Below are positions 48,223-58,209 of a stretch of 64,000 nucleotides of DNA, piece after piece. The position numbers and the translations under genes are program-made. A model generated the notes under the pieces. That model saw only the letters and a program-made list of their open reading frames with translations, did not search any database and was not told the origin of the DNA. The DNA lies in assembly GCA_944331915.1 (NCBI GenBank), contig CALVIR010000001.1:10851-74850 (forward strand). Direction: 5' to 3'. Origin of the DNA: an uncultured Bacilli bacterium (GTDB lineage Bacteria > Bacillota_I > Bacilli_A > RF39 > UBA660). The stretch's first letter is position 1; every line of letters starts with the position of its first letter.

Positions 48223-51200
48223 TTATTTAGCTACATTAAAAGTATAAGTAACACTATTACCTAAATTATCTGTAACTACAACAGAATTTTCTCCATTTTG
48301 GAATGTATAAGCATGACCATCATTAATATCTACATAAGTACCTGTATGTGGTAACTGTGTTCCATTAATAACAACACTTGCTATTCCATTTTCATCATAT
48401 AATTTTAAGTTTAATGTTTGATAAACACCATCGTTTACAACAGTACCAGCATTAAAACTATATGTAGGAACAGTTTTATCAACATTGAATGTATAAGTTG
48501 CAGTATTTCCTAAATTATCTGTAACTACAACAGTATTTAAACCATTTTGAAAAGTATAAGCATGTCCATCATTAATATCTACATAAGTACCTGTATGTGA
48601 CAATTGCGTTCCATTAATAACTACACTTGCTATTCCGTTTTCATCGTGTAATTTCAAATTTAAAGTTCCATAAACGCCATTGCTTTCAGTAGTACCACCA
48701 TTGAAACTATAAGTAGGAGCTGCTTTATCAACATTGAATGTATAAGTTGCAGTATTTCCTAAATTATCTGTAACTACAACAGTATTTAAACCATTTCGGA
48801 ATGTATAAGCATGTCCATCATTAATATCTACATAATAACCTGTATGTGGTAATTGTGTTCCATTAATAACTACACTTGCTATTCCATTTTCGTCATGTAA
48901 TTTTAAATTTAGAGTTCCATATACCCCATTATGCTCAACTGTTCCATCATTAAATGTATAAGTTGGAGCCTTTTTATCAACAACGAAAGTATATGTTGCT
49001 GTATTTCCTAAATTATCTGTAACAACCACTGTATTTGTTCCATTTTGGAATGTATAAGCATCTCCATCATTAATATCTACGTAAGTACCTGTATGTGGTA
49101 ATTTGGTTCCATTAATTACTATACTTGCTATTCCATTTTCATCATGTAACTTTAAATTTAATGTTTTATATACATCATTATAGTCAACTACATCACCATT
49201 AAATGTATAAGTTGGAGCCTTTTTATCAACAACGAAAGTATATGTTGCTGTGTTTCCAGCGTTATCTGTAACAACTACTGTATTTGTTCCATTTTGGAAT
49301 GTATAAGCATCTCCATCATTAATATCTACGTAAGTACCTGTATGTGGTAATTGGGTTCCATTAATTACTACACTTGCTATTCTATTTTCATCATGTAATT
49401 TTAAATTTAATATTCCATATACCCCATTGTATTCAATAGTTCCATCGTTGAATGTATAAGTTGGCACTTGAGTGTCTACTTTAATATTGATAGTAGTTTC
49501 ACGGCCCATCTCATCAACAGCAGTAATTTTGTATTTACCAGTTTCTTCAATTACATAACCATTTTCTACCTCATAGCTTTCATCTTCATGATAAACTGTT
49601 ATTGTTTTTAAAGAAGTATCATCAACTTGAATTACAGCAGGATTGTAAACTCCTCCTTCTTCTAATCCAACAAATACAGGATTACTATTATCAAGTATTA
49701 CTTTATCAAATCTCTTCTCATACTCTTGTTTTTCACTATAAGTAATATCTGCATTAGTATAGGCTCTACCTTCATTATCTGCTAAATCTCTAATGCCATA
49801 TACACTGAATTGAATTTCTCCTTCACTCAATCCTAATTCTTCAGTAATAGCAACATCTAGATAGTAAGCATAACTATTGTTCTCTAAATCAGAACTTTCT
49901 TCTGTATAATATGTTTCAAATTCTTTATTACCTATTTTAACAATAGGATTAGTTGCTAATTTTTCATCAAAGTAAGTTAATACTCTTACTTTTTTACCAT
50001 AAGTAATATAATGAGCATCTTCATTTTCACTTATAAATCCAGTAATACCTAAAATTTTAATGCTAGGTACAGTTGTATCTAAATATACAACATGCTTATT
50101 AGTAGGTTTTTCAACATCATCTGTTGTATTTCCTGCTAAATCTTGAATGCTAGTTACTAACATTGTGATTTTTCCATCACTCATCTTAGTATCTTCATCA
50201 ATTGTATATCTGATTGAATATGTATATTCACCAGCATCATTAGGACCAGTTTCAACTACATCTTCAACTACATATTCATTACCATCATTTATTAATGTAA
50301 ATGTAGGTAATTCTTTTAATTTTTCACTAAATCTAACATAAGAGTAGATTGTATCTCCTACTTTAGCATAAAATTCTTTTTGCTCGTTAATATCACCATC
50401 TACTAAAATATTAGCAGCTTTAACTACAGCTTTTGTATTATCTATAGTTACACTTGGATATGTTTCTTCATTAATATCATCTTGAGTTAGATTAACTCCA
50501 ACATTACCAATAGCATCAGCATATCCATAAACCTCAAATGATAATATACCATCACTTAAATTCATATCTTCTGTTAGTTTAATGTCTGCATAATATGCAT
50601 ATTTTGGACTATTTTCACGATATGTAGCAATAAATTCAGTACCGCCTAATCTAACTGTAGGTTCTGTGCCTAATTCTTCATCAAAGTAAAGTCTTACACG
50701 AACAGTATCACCATATTTAGCATATAGTCTTCCTGTTTCATCAGTAAATTGATCAAGATTAACAATACCTAGCGATCTAATTACTGGTGCAGTACCATCA
50801 TAAGTAACTTGTCCATAATTTTTGGTATTCGTAACATCACTATTATCTAAGGTAATAGTATTACCAGCTTTATCATATATATTTGTGATAGTAAATGGAA
50901 TCTCTTTTCCATCTTCTAAATCAGCAACTGTATTATCAATAGTAAGATCAGCTATACATACATACTTACCATAATCTGTTTCGTTACATTTTCTAAATGT
51001 TACACTTTGTGAATTACCTATAGTTAATACAGGTAGTTCTGTTAATTCTTCATCAAAATTAACCTCAACTCTTAATGTTTGACCATTTCTAATAGTCTTA
51101 CGATTATTTTCATCACTAACATTAAGAATATAAACCCATTTTTGTTCTTCAACATGTTTATCAATTACAAATGTTATTGTCTTTGATTTATTTCCAGCTT

Positions 51201-52323
51201 TATCAGATACATAAACAGTATAAGTACCTTCTTCAGTTATTGGATCACCTGGTTTATATGGTTTAACTGTTTCTTCACCTCTTTTAAGATGTACAGTACC
51301 AGGATTAGTATCATCAATAGTAACTGCAACAGTAGTATTATAGTATTTACCATCTTCTACACCACCAACTACTGGATTAGTTCTATCGATTGTAAATGTT
51401 AATGTTGCTTCATTAAAAGCTTCATCAACAACTGTTACAACATAAGTACCTTCTTCAGTAAATGAATCAGTAAAATCTATTGGATTACCATTTAATGTTA
51501 CTGTTGTTGTAACATCAGTAGTATCACTTATAGTTAAAGTAACACTATCTTCATCAGTGAAACTATTATCAACAATACCACTAATAACCGGACGAGCGTT
51601 ATCGTTTAGTATCTTATTAACAGTTTCAAGACGATTTGCTAAATTATCTTTAGCAGAACCATCGATTAAGTTGTTAACTAACTCTTCTATTTTTTCTTCA
51701 TCACGGTAATCTATTGAATCTAGAATACCATCTCTATTAGTAGAATTAGCAACCTTTTCTTCTAATCTTTCAATTAAAGCTGTAACATCAATAATATCTT
51801 GTACTGCTTCAAGACGATTATTTAATTCATCTTTTTGTGATTGATTAGTTACTTTGCCCACAAGGTCAGCTGCATAGTCAACATCTCCTTGTGTAAGAGA
51901 AGACTCAGCATTTTCAACGGCTTTTAAAGCTTCAGCATAATAATCATCAGTAATAACTGGTACTGTAGGTGTAGTTCCAGTATCACTACCATTACCAGAT
52001 CCAGTACCATTGTTATTTGTATTATTACCAGTTCCAATAATGCCATCACCACTAGGACCAGTTGTATAACCAGTCTCACCATTATAAGTAGTGATATCTT
52101 GTTCATCAACTGCTGTTAATGTATTACCATCTTCTTCATCTGATGATTCATCATCTGAAGATTCAACGTCATCACTTTCTTGATCAGAGCCTTGTCCTTC
52201 TCTTTCTTCAATATCTCCTTCCTCAAAATTTTCTTGATTATCAGGATTTGCGAATACAAAAGATCCTAAACCAATAATCAAGAATAAAACTATGGCAATA
52301 AGTCCTATTTTTTTCTTATCCAT
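48223..52323 (-). CDS. Large secreted repeat-rich surface protein (adhesin-like, multiple Ig-like modules; no LPXTG, SLH or CWB anchor seen)
   Basis: The ATG at 52323 follows an AAGGAGAGG RBS. Signal peptide MDKKKIGLIAIVLFLIIGLGSFVFA-NP. Then an acidic S/D/E-rich and G/N/T-rich linker, several modules of about 100 aa, and five C-terminal 83-aa repeats. Confidence 0.8.
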   Translation of the reverse strand: MDKKKIGLIAIVLFLIIGLGSFVFANPDNQENFEEGDIEEREGQGSDQESDDVESSDDESSDEEDGNTLTAVDEQDITTYNGETGYTTGPSGDGIIGTGNNTNNNGTGSGNGSDTGTTPTVPVITDDYYAEALKAVENAESSLTQGDVDYAADLVGKVTNQSQKDELNNRLEAVQDIIDVTALIERLEEKVANSTNRDGILDSIDYRDEEKIEELVNNLIDGSAKDNLANRLETVNKILNDNARPVISGIVDNSFTDEDSVTLTISDTTDVTTTVTLNGNPIDFTDSFTEEGTYVVTVVDEAFNEATLTFTIDRTNPVVGGVEDGKYYNTTVAVTIDDTNPGTVHLKRGEETVKPYKPGDPITEEGTYTVYVSDKAGNKSKTITFVIDKHVEEQKWVYILNVSDENNRKTIRNGQTLRVEVNFDEELTELPVLTIGNSQSVTFRKCNETDYGKYVCIADLTIDNTVADLEDGKEIPFTITNIYDKAGNTITLDNSDVTNTKNYGQVTYDGTAPVIRSLGIVNLDQFTDETGRLYAKYGDTVRVRLYFDEELGTEPTVRLGGTEFIATYRENSPKYAYYADIKLTEDMNLSDGILSFEVYGYADAIGNVGVNLTQDDINEETYPSVTIDNTKAVVKAANILVDGDINEQKEFYAKVGDTIYSYVRFSEKLKELPTFTLINDGNEYVVEDVVETGPNDAGEYTYSIRYTIDEDTKMSDGKITMLVTSIQDLAGNTTDDVEKPTNKHVVYLDTTVPSIKILGITGFISENEDAHYITYGKKVRVLTYFDEKLATNPIVKIGNKEFETYYTEESSDLENNSYAYYLDVAITEELGLSEGEIQFSVYGIRDLADNEGRAYTNADITYSEKQEYEKRFDKVILDNSNPVFVGLEEGGVYNPAVIQVDDTSLKTITVYHEDESYEVENGYVIEETGKYKITAVDEMGRETTINIKVDTQVPTYTFNDGTIEYNGVYGILNLKLHDENRIASVVINGTQLPHTGTYVDINDGDAYTFQNGTNTVVVTDNAGNTATYTFVVDKKAPTYTFNGDVVDYNDVYKTLNLKLHDENGIASIVINGTKLPHTGTYVDINDGDAYTFQNGTNTVVVTDNLGNTATYTFVVDKKAPTYTFNDGTVEHNGVYGTLNLKLHDENGIASVVINGTQLPHTGYYVDINDGHAYTFRNGLNTVVVTDNLGNTATYTFNVDKAAPTYSFNGGTTESNGVYGTLNLKLHDENGIASVVINGTQLSHTGTYVDINDGHAYTFQNGLNTVVVTDNLGNTATYTFNVDKTVPTYSFNAGTVVNDGVYQTLNLKLYDENGIASVVINGTQLPHTGTYVDINDGHAYTFQNGENSVVVTDNLGNSVTYTFNVAK
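48235..49479 (-). repeat. Five tandem 249-bp (83-aa) coding repeats
   Basis: The unit VDK.APTY.FN.G......VY.TLNLKLHDENGIASVVINGT.LPHTGTYVDINDG.AYTF.NG.NTVVVTDNLGNTATYTF is repeated five times with few substitutions. Confidence 0.9.
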
Positions 52324-52425
52324 AAAATCCTCTCCTTGCAATTATATTCTATCATTTAATTAACAAAATGCAACTAAATTTTACATTTTTAGATAAAAAA
52401 AGTACCAAATTTTAACTTTTGGTAC

Positions 52426-52950
52426 TTAAAAAAGCCTGATTTTTGTAATTGGCCACATTCTTAGAGCAATTTCTCCAATTATATCTTCTTTAGAAACTAG
52501 GCCTATTTTCCTGCTATCAAGGGAATTATCTCTATTATCACCTAATACAAAATACATACCTTCTGGTACCTCATTATAACCTAAATCTTGTAAATCAAAG
52601 TCGGGTGTATCCACATCTTTCAAATAATCTTCTGCATAATAGCGACCATTTATATAGACTTTATTATCTATTATAGAAATATGATCTCCAGGAAGTCCTA
52701 TAACTCTTTTAATTAAGTACTTTGTATCTTCATAAGTAAAAGCGATTATATCTCCTCTTTTAACATCTGTAAATCTATACTTAGCTTTATTTAATATTAA
52801 CACCTCTTGATTATCTAAGGTAGGACTCATCGAATCACCTACAACTTGTGTAATTGATACTACATATACCATTAAAAATAGTAAAACAAATATGATTATA
52901 AAAAACTTTATTGCATCTTTTAAAAACTCTTTAATAGTTAACCAGTCCAT
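52426..52950 (-). CDS. lepB: Signal peptidase I (P-type, Ser-Lys dyad)
   Basis: GDSMSPT, IKRVIGLPGD and GDNRDNSLDSR boxes, plus an N-terminal TM. Confidence 0.9.
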   Translation of the reverse strand: MDWLTIKEFLKDAIKFFIIIFVLLFLMVYVVSITQVVGDSMSPTLDNQEVLILNKAKYRFTDVKRGDIIAFTYEDTKYLIKRVIGLPGDHISIIDNKVYINGRYYAEDYLKDVDTPDFDLQDLGYNEVPEGMYFVLGDNRDNSLDSRKIGLVSKEDIIGEIALRMWPITKIRLF

Positions 52951-53023
52951 AATATTACCCTTTTCTATTTCTATTTTAGTCTCATCGAATTAAAATATAG
53001 CACATATATGGGGTAAAAGCAAA

Positions 53024-55414
53024 TTAAATTATTTCAATTAGATCTTCAGAATACTTTTCTACTACATTATCATACATAGTAATTTCTTTTATAAAGATAG
53101 ATCTTTCTTTATATGAATAAGGACAAAGAATATATACTCTATTTTTTGTTCTTGTTAAAGCTACATAGAAAAGTCTCCTCTCTTCTGGAAATAATATTGG
53201 TTCTTCTTTTTTATTTGATAATAACGCAATAACAGGTTCATCTTTAATAATACTAGGAAATCCCCTCTTAGCATTAATAGTATTAAGTAAAATTACCTGG
53301 TCAAACCCTAATCCCTTAGCTTTATGAATCGTCAAATAAGTAATATCAATATTTTTGTTATCAAGTAAAACAACATGATCACCATCACCCTTTTTTAATA
53401 ATGATATATCATAAAAATAATTAATATCATTATTATATCTACCTAATAAAAGTATTTTATCTTTAGGATTCTCTTTATAAATATCCAAAATAATTCTCTT
53501 TAAAACCACCCCAATTTGAGCGTTTTCCATATTATTGTCATAATAATTTATAATTATAGGATTTTTTATATGCTTTTTAGTAATTAATCTTTTATCTATT
53601 TGCAAAGGATTTTTAGAAATAAATTTATAAGCAACATCAACAAGCTCTTGACTATTTCTATAAGTATTAATAATTTTTAATATATCAGCATAACCATTAT
53701 ATCCCATAAGTTCATAGAAATTTGTAAACAGTGATACATCTGCTAAAGAAAAGGAAAAAATTGATTGGTAATCATCTCCTACCGCTACTATTTTAGCATT
53801 AAATAAAGTTGATAATTCTTTAATAAAGTTATACCTTTGATAAGAAATATCTTGATATTCATCTATAAATATATAATCAAATTCCAGTCTTTTATTTTTC
53901 AATAAAGCTAGTTTTTTATAAGCATAATTAATCATATCTTGAAAATCAATCTGATAATTACTATGAATAACATGATTATAATAATTATAGGCTTTTCTAA
54001 TAAATTTTAATTGTTTTACTATTGTCTCATCACTAGTAGAGTTTATTAAGTAATCAAAATCTTTTAAAGTTAAATTACTAGCTTTAAATCTATTTATGAA
54101 CAGCCTAATTATTTTAGTAGCTTTTAAAAAACTAGCATCAGTAGATGTTTCTAATATTCTAAAATAAACTTTTTCTAGACTTTTTTCTACTAATGGTATA
54201 TTTCTTTTTTCCAATTCTTCTTTCAATTTTTTAATATAATCACTACCATCATCATATTCACTATATAATTCTATCAAATCAGTGTTATATTTACTATGTA
54301 ATTCTCTTTTCTTTTCAACTAATCTATTATAATAGTTAATGTCATCTAACGTATAATTACCATCTTTATTATATTTAGTTAATCCATAAAATTCTACATA
54401 TATTTTCTTACCATTATAATTAATTGTAAAATCAGGAGAATAGCTAGCTTTAGAAAAAAGACTATAAGGATATACCTCCTCATAATGATAGTTTATATTG
54501 TTACGATATAAAAAATTAGCAATACGCACCTCACCTAATGATTTAACATATTCTCCATTTATAGTCCTATTATATCGAAGACGATTTTCTATTTTATTTT
54601 TAACTATTTCCAAAAGATTATCTTTATCTTGCCAATATTTTTTTTGCATATAAAAATTATAATATTCTTTAAAACTACGATAAGTAAAAACCTCATCATG
54701 AAAGTTAACTTTTCCTTTAAAAGCATCCACAAACTCTTTTAAAAGAATTTTATCTTCAAATACAACATCTTTAATATATTTATTAAGTATTGCTATCATT
54801 TTATTATTGTCTATTATTTGTAAAGGCTTATCTGTTAACTCCCTTAATATATTCATACCAAGTTTATGAAAAGTTAGTACCTCTATATTAAGATTAAAAT
54901 CATCATTAATTCGAAACGACAGTTCATCTCTTGCTTTATTAGTATAAGCTAAAACTATTATTTTACGCGGATTAACACCGAGTTTTTCTACTAAGTATTT
55001 AGCTTTTGCAGTAATAACTGTAGTTTTACCACTACCAGCACCTGCCACTACTAATGAATAATCTTCATCAGTTACAATAGCACATTTCTGGTATTCATCT
55101 AATATTATATTAGAATCTACATTTTTAAACATATTATCAAAATATTCTCTATAAGTACTTAATGTATTATTTATAAAGTTGTTATTGTGACTTTTAATAA
55201 GACTATAACCATTGCTAGTTATCTCTTTAAGTTTATCTTTATTAACAGAATCTAAAAGATCTTCATTACACTTATAAAAAGCAAATATATCTTTGTATTT
55301 ATCTAAAAAACAATCGAATTCTTTTTTAGAAATAAATTTATTATTAGTAAACATATGCTCAAAATCACTTATACACTTATTTACCGCTACATTATGGTAA
55401 CTATCATAATTCAT
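53024..55414 (-). CDS. UvrD/Rep-superfamily (helicase IV/HelD-like) DNA helicase with an inserted nuclease-like segment
   Basis: Walker A AGAGSGKTT, motif II IFIDEYQD, TIHKAKGL, and RRLFYVALTRTK. An insert at about residues 290-400 contains ..SPDFTI...KKIYVEFYG... Confidence 0.8.
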   Translation of the reverse strand: MNYDSYHNVAVNKCISDFEHMFTNNKFISKKEFDCFLDKYKDIFAFYKCNEDLLDSVNKDKLKEITSNGYSLIKSHNNNFINNTLSTYREYFDNMFKNVDSNIILDEYQKCAIVTDEDYSLVVAGAGSGKTTVITAKAKYLVEKLGVNPRKIIVLAYTNKARDELSFRINDDFNLNIEVLTFHKLGMNILRELTDKPLQIIDNNKMIAILNKYIKDVVFEDKILLKEFVDAFKGKVNFHDEVFTYRSFKEYYNFYMQKKYWQDKDNLLEIVKNKIENRLRYNRTINGEYVKSLGEVRIANFLYRNNINYHYEEVYPYSLFSKASYSPDFTINYNGKKIYVEFYGLTKYNKDGNYTLDDINYYNRLVEKKRELHSKYNTDLIELYSEYDDGSDYIKKLKEELEKRNIPLVEKSLEKVYFRILETSTDASFLKATKIIRLFINRFKASNLTLKDFDYLINSTSDETIVKQLKFIRKAYNYYNHVIHSNYQIDFQDMINYAYKKLALLKNKRLEFDYIFIDEYQDISYQRYNFIKELSTLFNAKIVAVGDDYQSIFSFSLADVSLFTNFYELMGYNGYADILKIINTYRNSQELVDVAYKFISKNPLQIDKRLITKKHIKNPIIINYYDNNMENAQIGVVLKRIILDIYKENPKDKILLLGRYNNDINYFYDISLLKKGDGDHVVLLDNKNIDITYLTIHKAKGLGFDQVILLNTINAKRGFPSIIKDEPVIALLSNKKEEPILFPEERRLFYVALTRTKNRVYILCPYSYKERSIFIKEITMYDNVVEKYSEDLIEII

Positions 55415-55461
55415 AAACTCACCTACTATAACAATAGTACCATAAAATTATCTATAATGCA

Positions 55462-55488
55462 TTTAAAAACATCTCTATTTGAGATGTT
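55462..55488 (-). terminator. Intrinsic terminator after the DUF362-like gene
   Basis: Minus-strand AACAUCUC-AAAUA-GAGAUGUU followed by UUU. Confidence 0.6.
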
Positions 55489-55495
55489 AATGTTT

Positions 55496-56377
55496 TTATA
55501 GTTCGATTAGTTCATATTCTCTATTTCCTACACCAAGATCATAAGCTGCTTCAACAGTATGAACACCATGACGCGATTCAATTCTCTCTATTAATTTATC
55601 TCTACCTGGATCAGTAGAATTATATACTAAGTCAAGGCAAGCTTGATCTACTGCTACTGGATCTGTTGATGCTAAAATACCAATATCTTGCATACAAGGA
55701 GCTGAAGCATTACCATCACAGTCACAGTCAACTGATATATTTTTCATAACGTTAATATAAACAGCATTTCCTTTAAAATAATCAACTACACTACTAGCAG
55801 CATCGGCCATAGCTTCTAAGAATCTATCTTGCTCTGGTAAATTATCCCATAATTTTGTCTGGTCAGCAACAGCACCTGCAGTATGAATTAAGGTCTTACC
55901 AGCAGAACTTGCACAACCAATAGATAATTGTTTTAAAGCTCCACCATATCCCCCCATTGCATGTCCTTTAAAATGAGATAGAACAAGTAAAGAATTATAC
56001 TTTGCTAAATCTTTTCCAACATAGTTTTTCTTTAAGACTTTACCATTAGGAATATCTAATTCCATATCAGGTCCTTCTGCATCCATTAAGTCAAATGGAA
56101 AATATTTATCCCATTCATGTTCTTTAATTAATTCCCGATGTTTTTCTGTAGAGTTTCTTGCTCCTTCATAGGCTGTATTACATTCTACAACTGTACCATT
56201 AACATAATTAATTACATCTTTTACAAATTCTGGTCTTAAATAGTTTTGATTTCCTTTCTCACCAGAATGCATTTTAACTGCAACATTACCTTCTAATTTC
56301 TTTCCTACTGCTTCATATGCTTTAATTATGTTTTCTGGAGTTATCTCCTCAATAAAATATACTTTTGATTTTTCCAT
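55496..56377 (-). CDS. DUF362-like protein
   Basis: 293 aa. KVYFIEEITPE...VAVKMHSGE.GN start and a C-terminal Cys cluster (DCDCDGN..PC). The family name is recalled, not searched. Confidence 0.55.
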   Translation of the reverse strand: MEKSKVYFIEEITPENIIKAYEAVGKKLEGNVAVKMHSGEKGNQNYLRPEFVKDVINYVNGTVVECNTAYEGARNSTEKHRELIKEHEWDKYFPFDLMDAEGPDMELDIPNGKVLKKNYVGKDLAKYNSLLVLSHFKGHAMGGYGGALKQLSIGCASSAGKTLIHTAGAVADQTKLWDNLPEQDRFLEAMADAASSVVDYFKGNAVYINVMKNISVDCDCDGNASAPCMQDIGILASTDPVAVDQACLDLVYNSTDPGRDKLIERIESRHGVHTVEAAYDLGVGNREYELIEL

Positions 56378-56419
56378 AATCTTTTCCTCCTCTAATTATT
56401 ATACACTTTTTTTGCTTTT

Positions 56420-56839
56420 TTAATCTAATTTATTATACTCATCATCACTAACCGGTTCACACCACTCATTAGATGTCTCAACTCCAGGTACCTCTATTGC
56501 TAAATGACTAAACCAAGAATCTTTTTTAGCACCATGCCAATGTTTAACATTAGCAGGAATTGTAATAACCATGCCTGGTTTTAAACTAACAGCATCCTTC
56601 CCTTCTTCTTGGTACCATCCTTCGCCTGCTACACAAATAAGAATTTGGCCGCCACCACTTTTAGCATGATGAATATGCCAATTATTCCGACAAGCCGGCT
56701 CAAAGGTAACATTAGCGATAAAAAGATTAGTTTTATTAGGATCAGTTAAAGGATTTAAATAACTTTTACCTATAAAGTACTTAGCAAAAGCTGTATTCTC
56801 CTCTCCTAACCCAAAGTCACCGCCACGTTTTTCCGTCAT
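56420..56839 (-). CDS. Cupin domain protein
   Basis: NNWHIHHA....GGQILIC..G.G.Y...G and P..VKHWHGA motifs. Confidence 0.75.
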   Translation of the reverse strand: MTEKRGGDFGLGEENTAFAKYFIGKSYLNPLTDPNKTNLFIANVTFEPACRNNWHIHHAKSGGGQILICVAGEGWYQEEGKDAVSLKPGMVITIPANVKHWHGAKKDSWFSHLAIEVPGVETSNEWCEPVSDDEYNKLD

Positions 56840-57501
56840 TACTCTTCATCTCCTTTCCTTGTTATCTTCTTAACTAGATTAATAGTATTTAAGCTTCTAG
56901 GAAAACCTAGATATGGGACTAAACTTTTTATTATTTCTATTAGTAACTCTTTACTATTTCCTAACGCTAAATTAGCATTTATATGTGAGGTAAGTTGAGG
57001 TGTCACATCATAGTAAGAGGCTAAAGTAGCAAAAGTAATTAATTCTCTTTCTTTATTACTTAAATATTTTCTCGTATAAAAGTCTCCAAAACAATAACTT
57101 GCTAAATAATCCCAAATAAATTTAAAGTCTTCCCTTTCACCAGTTCTTGATTTCTCTATATTTTCTTTACCAAAAAGGTTATATTGCATTTCTAAACCTT
57201 TAGCATATCTATTATCATTACTAGTAATAGCAGCACTAACTATTTCTCCTAGAACCTCATCCATTATTTTTAGAAATGGATAAACTTTACCATAACCCAA
57301 ATAAGGAACTGTTTTATATATCGCTTCTTTTAAAGACTCCTTATCTACTTTTGTAGATGCTTCAACTAATTTATCTTTAAATATTTCTTTACTTTCAGTC
57401 GCAATTAAAGCGGGAAGCAAAGTTAAATATTTATTTCTATCATCTAGATTAGTTTTAATATCATTTTTAATAAAATTATTAACAATATTATCTATTTCCA
57501 T
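56839..57501 (-). CDS. Carboxymuconolactone decarboxylase (AhpD-like) family protein
   Basis: LSNKERELITFATLASYYDVTPQLTSHINANLALGNSKELLIEIIKSLVPYLGFPRSLN matches the CMD repeat pattern. Confidence 0.75.
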   Translation of the reverse strand: MEIDNIVNNFIKNDIKTNLDDRNKYLTLLPALIATESKEIFKDKLVEASTKVDKESLKEAIYKTVPYLGYGKVYPFLKIMDEVLGEIVSAAITSNDNRYAKGLEMQYNLFGKENIEKSRTGEREDFKFIWDYLASYCFGDFYTRKYLSNKERELITFATLASYYDVTPQLTSHINANLALGNSKELLIEIIKSLVPYLGFPRSLNTINLVKKITRKGDEE

Positions 57502-57962
57502 TATTTATTAACCTCCTTTATGAATTCATCAATAGTACTCTTACCAGTTACTAAATCATTACCTTGAAATTTGATAATTAATGAATGTGTAACATTAGGA
57601 CAATACTTTTTAATATCTTGGGCAGTATGTCCAAACTAGCCACTATTAGTAATTACTGGCATAACTTTCTTATTTGTTAAATCATACTTAGTTAAAAACG
57701 TATGAACAATAGGAGCAAATGTATATCACCAAACAGGTGTTTCTAAAATAATGGTATCATAATCATCCGAAGAAAGATTAAGATCTTCTATTTCTCTTAA
57801 AATATTATTATTAACCTTATCTTGACCAACACTAACAACCTCACCGTAATCTAACCCATATTCTACTTTGGTCTCAATTTCATAAATATCAATATCATTA
57901 ATTTTAGCTTTTATTAAATTAATTATAGTATGTCCTAATAAATAATCGCTTTTTTTCAGCAT
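57501..57962 (-). pseudogene. Flavodoxin-family gene with two in-frame stop codons and an eroded FMN-phosphate loop
   Basis: A single frame of 153 codons carries TGA at 57723-57725 (replacing the second W of the P.WWY motif) and TAG at 57636-57638. The N-terminus lacks the usual ..YFS.SGNT strand and loop. The stop overlaps the CMD gene start (TAATG). Confidence 0.7.
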
Positions 57963-57985
57963 TTCACCTTCTTTCTTATAATCTC

Positions 57986-58016
57986 ATTTTACAACTTAGA
58001 CTGTACTCTAGGTCAA
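57986..58016 (-). promoter_or_regulatory. Promoter of the flavodoxin-CMD-cupin-DUF362 operon, with a 19-nt spacer
   Basis: Minus-strand TTGACC (58011-58016), 19-nt spacer containing the imperfect dyad TAGAGTACAGTCTA, then TAAAAT (57986-57991). Confidence 0.4.
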
Positions 58017-58209
58017 GAAATTTATTTTATCTATGTTAAGTTCTAGTTATTTTAGTCTATTTCTGCTATAATCAAAATATAATATTGTAAAAAAAGGAAG
58101 AGCTAATTTTGCAGTATTTAAAAATGGAGGTGGAAAAATGGATGAGGGCTGAATCTTAATTATAGGCTGGATAATTAAAAAATATTAGTAATAAAGGAGT
58201 GAAAAAGAA

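Noticed and set aside
48235-49479. Regular 249-bp repeats considered as a possible CRISPR-like or satellite array.
   Set aside because: The repeats are contiguous, in frame and coding (83-aa protein modules) with no unique spacers.
52426-52950. The signal peptidase considered as the SipW-type partner of the TasA-like paralogs.
   Set aside because: It carries the P-type boxes (GDSMSPT, KRVIGLPGD, GDNRDNSLDSR; Ser-Lys dyad) rather than the ER-type Ser-His SipW signature.
57723-57725. TGA at a conserved Trp position of the flavodoxin suggested genetic code 4 (TGA = Trp, as in Mollicutes).
   Set aside because: TGA terminates the GtrA (30376) and GtrB-like (29425) genes at their expected ends. 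All long genes are uninterrupted under the standard code with Trp encoded as TGG. The same gene also carries a TAG stop.
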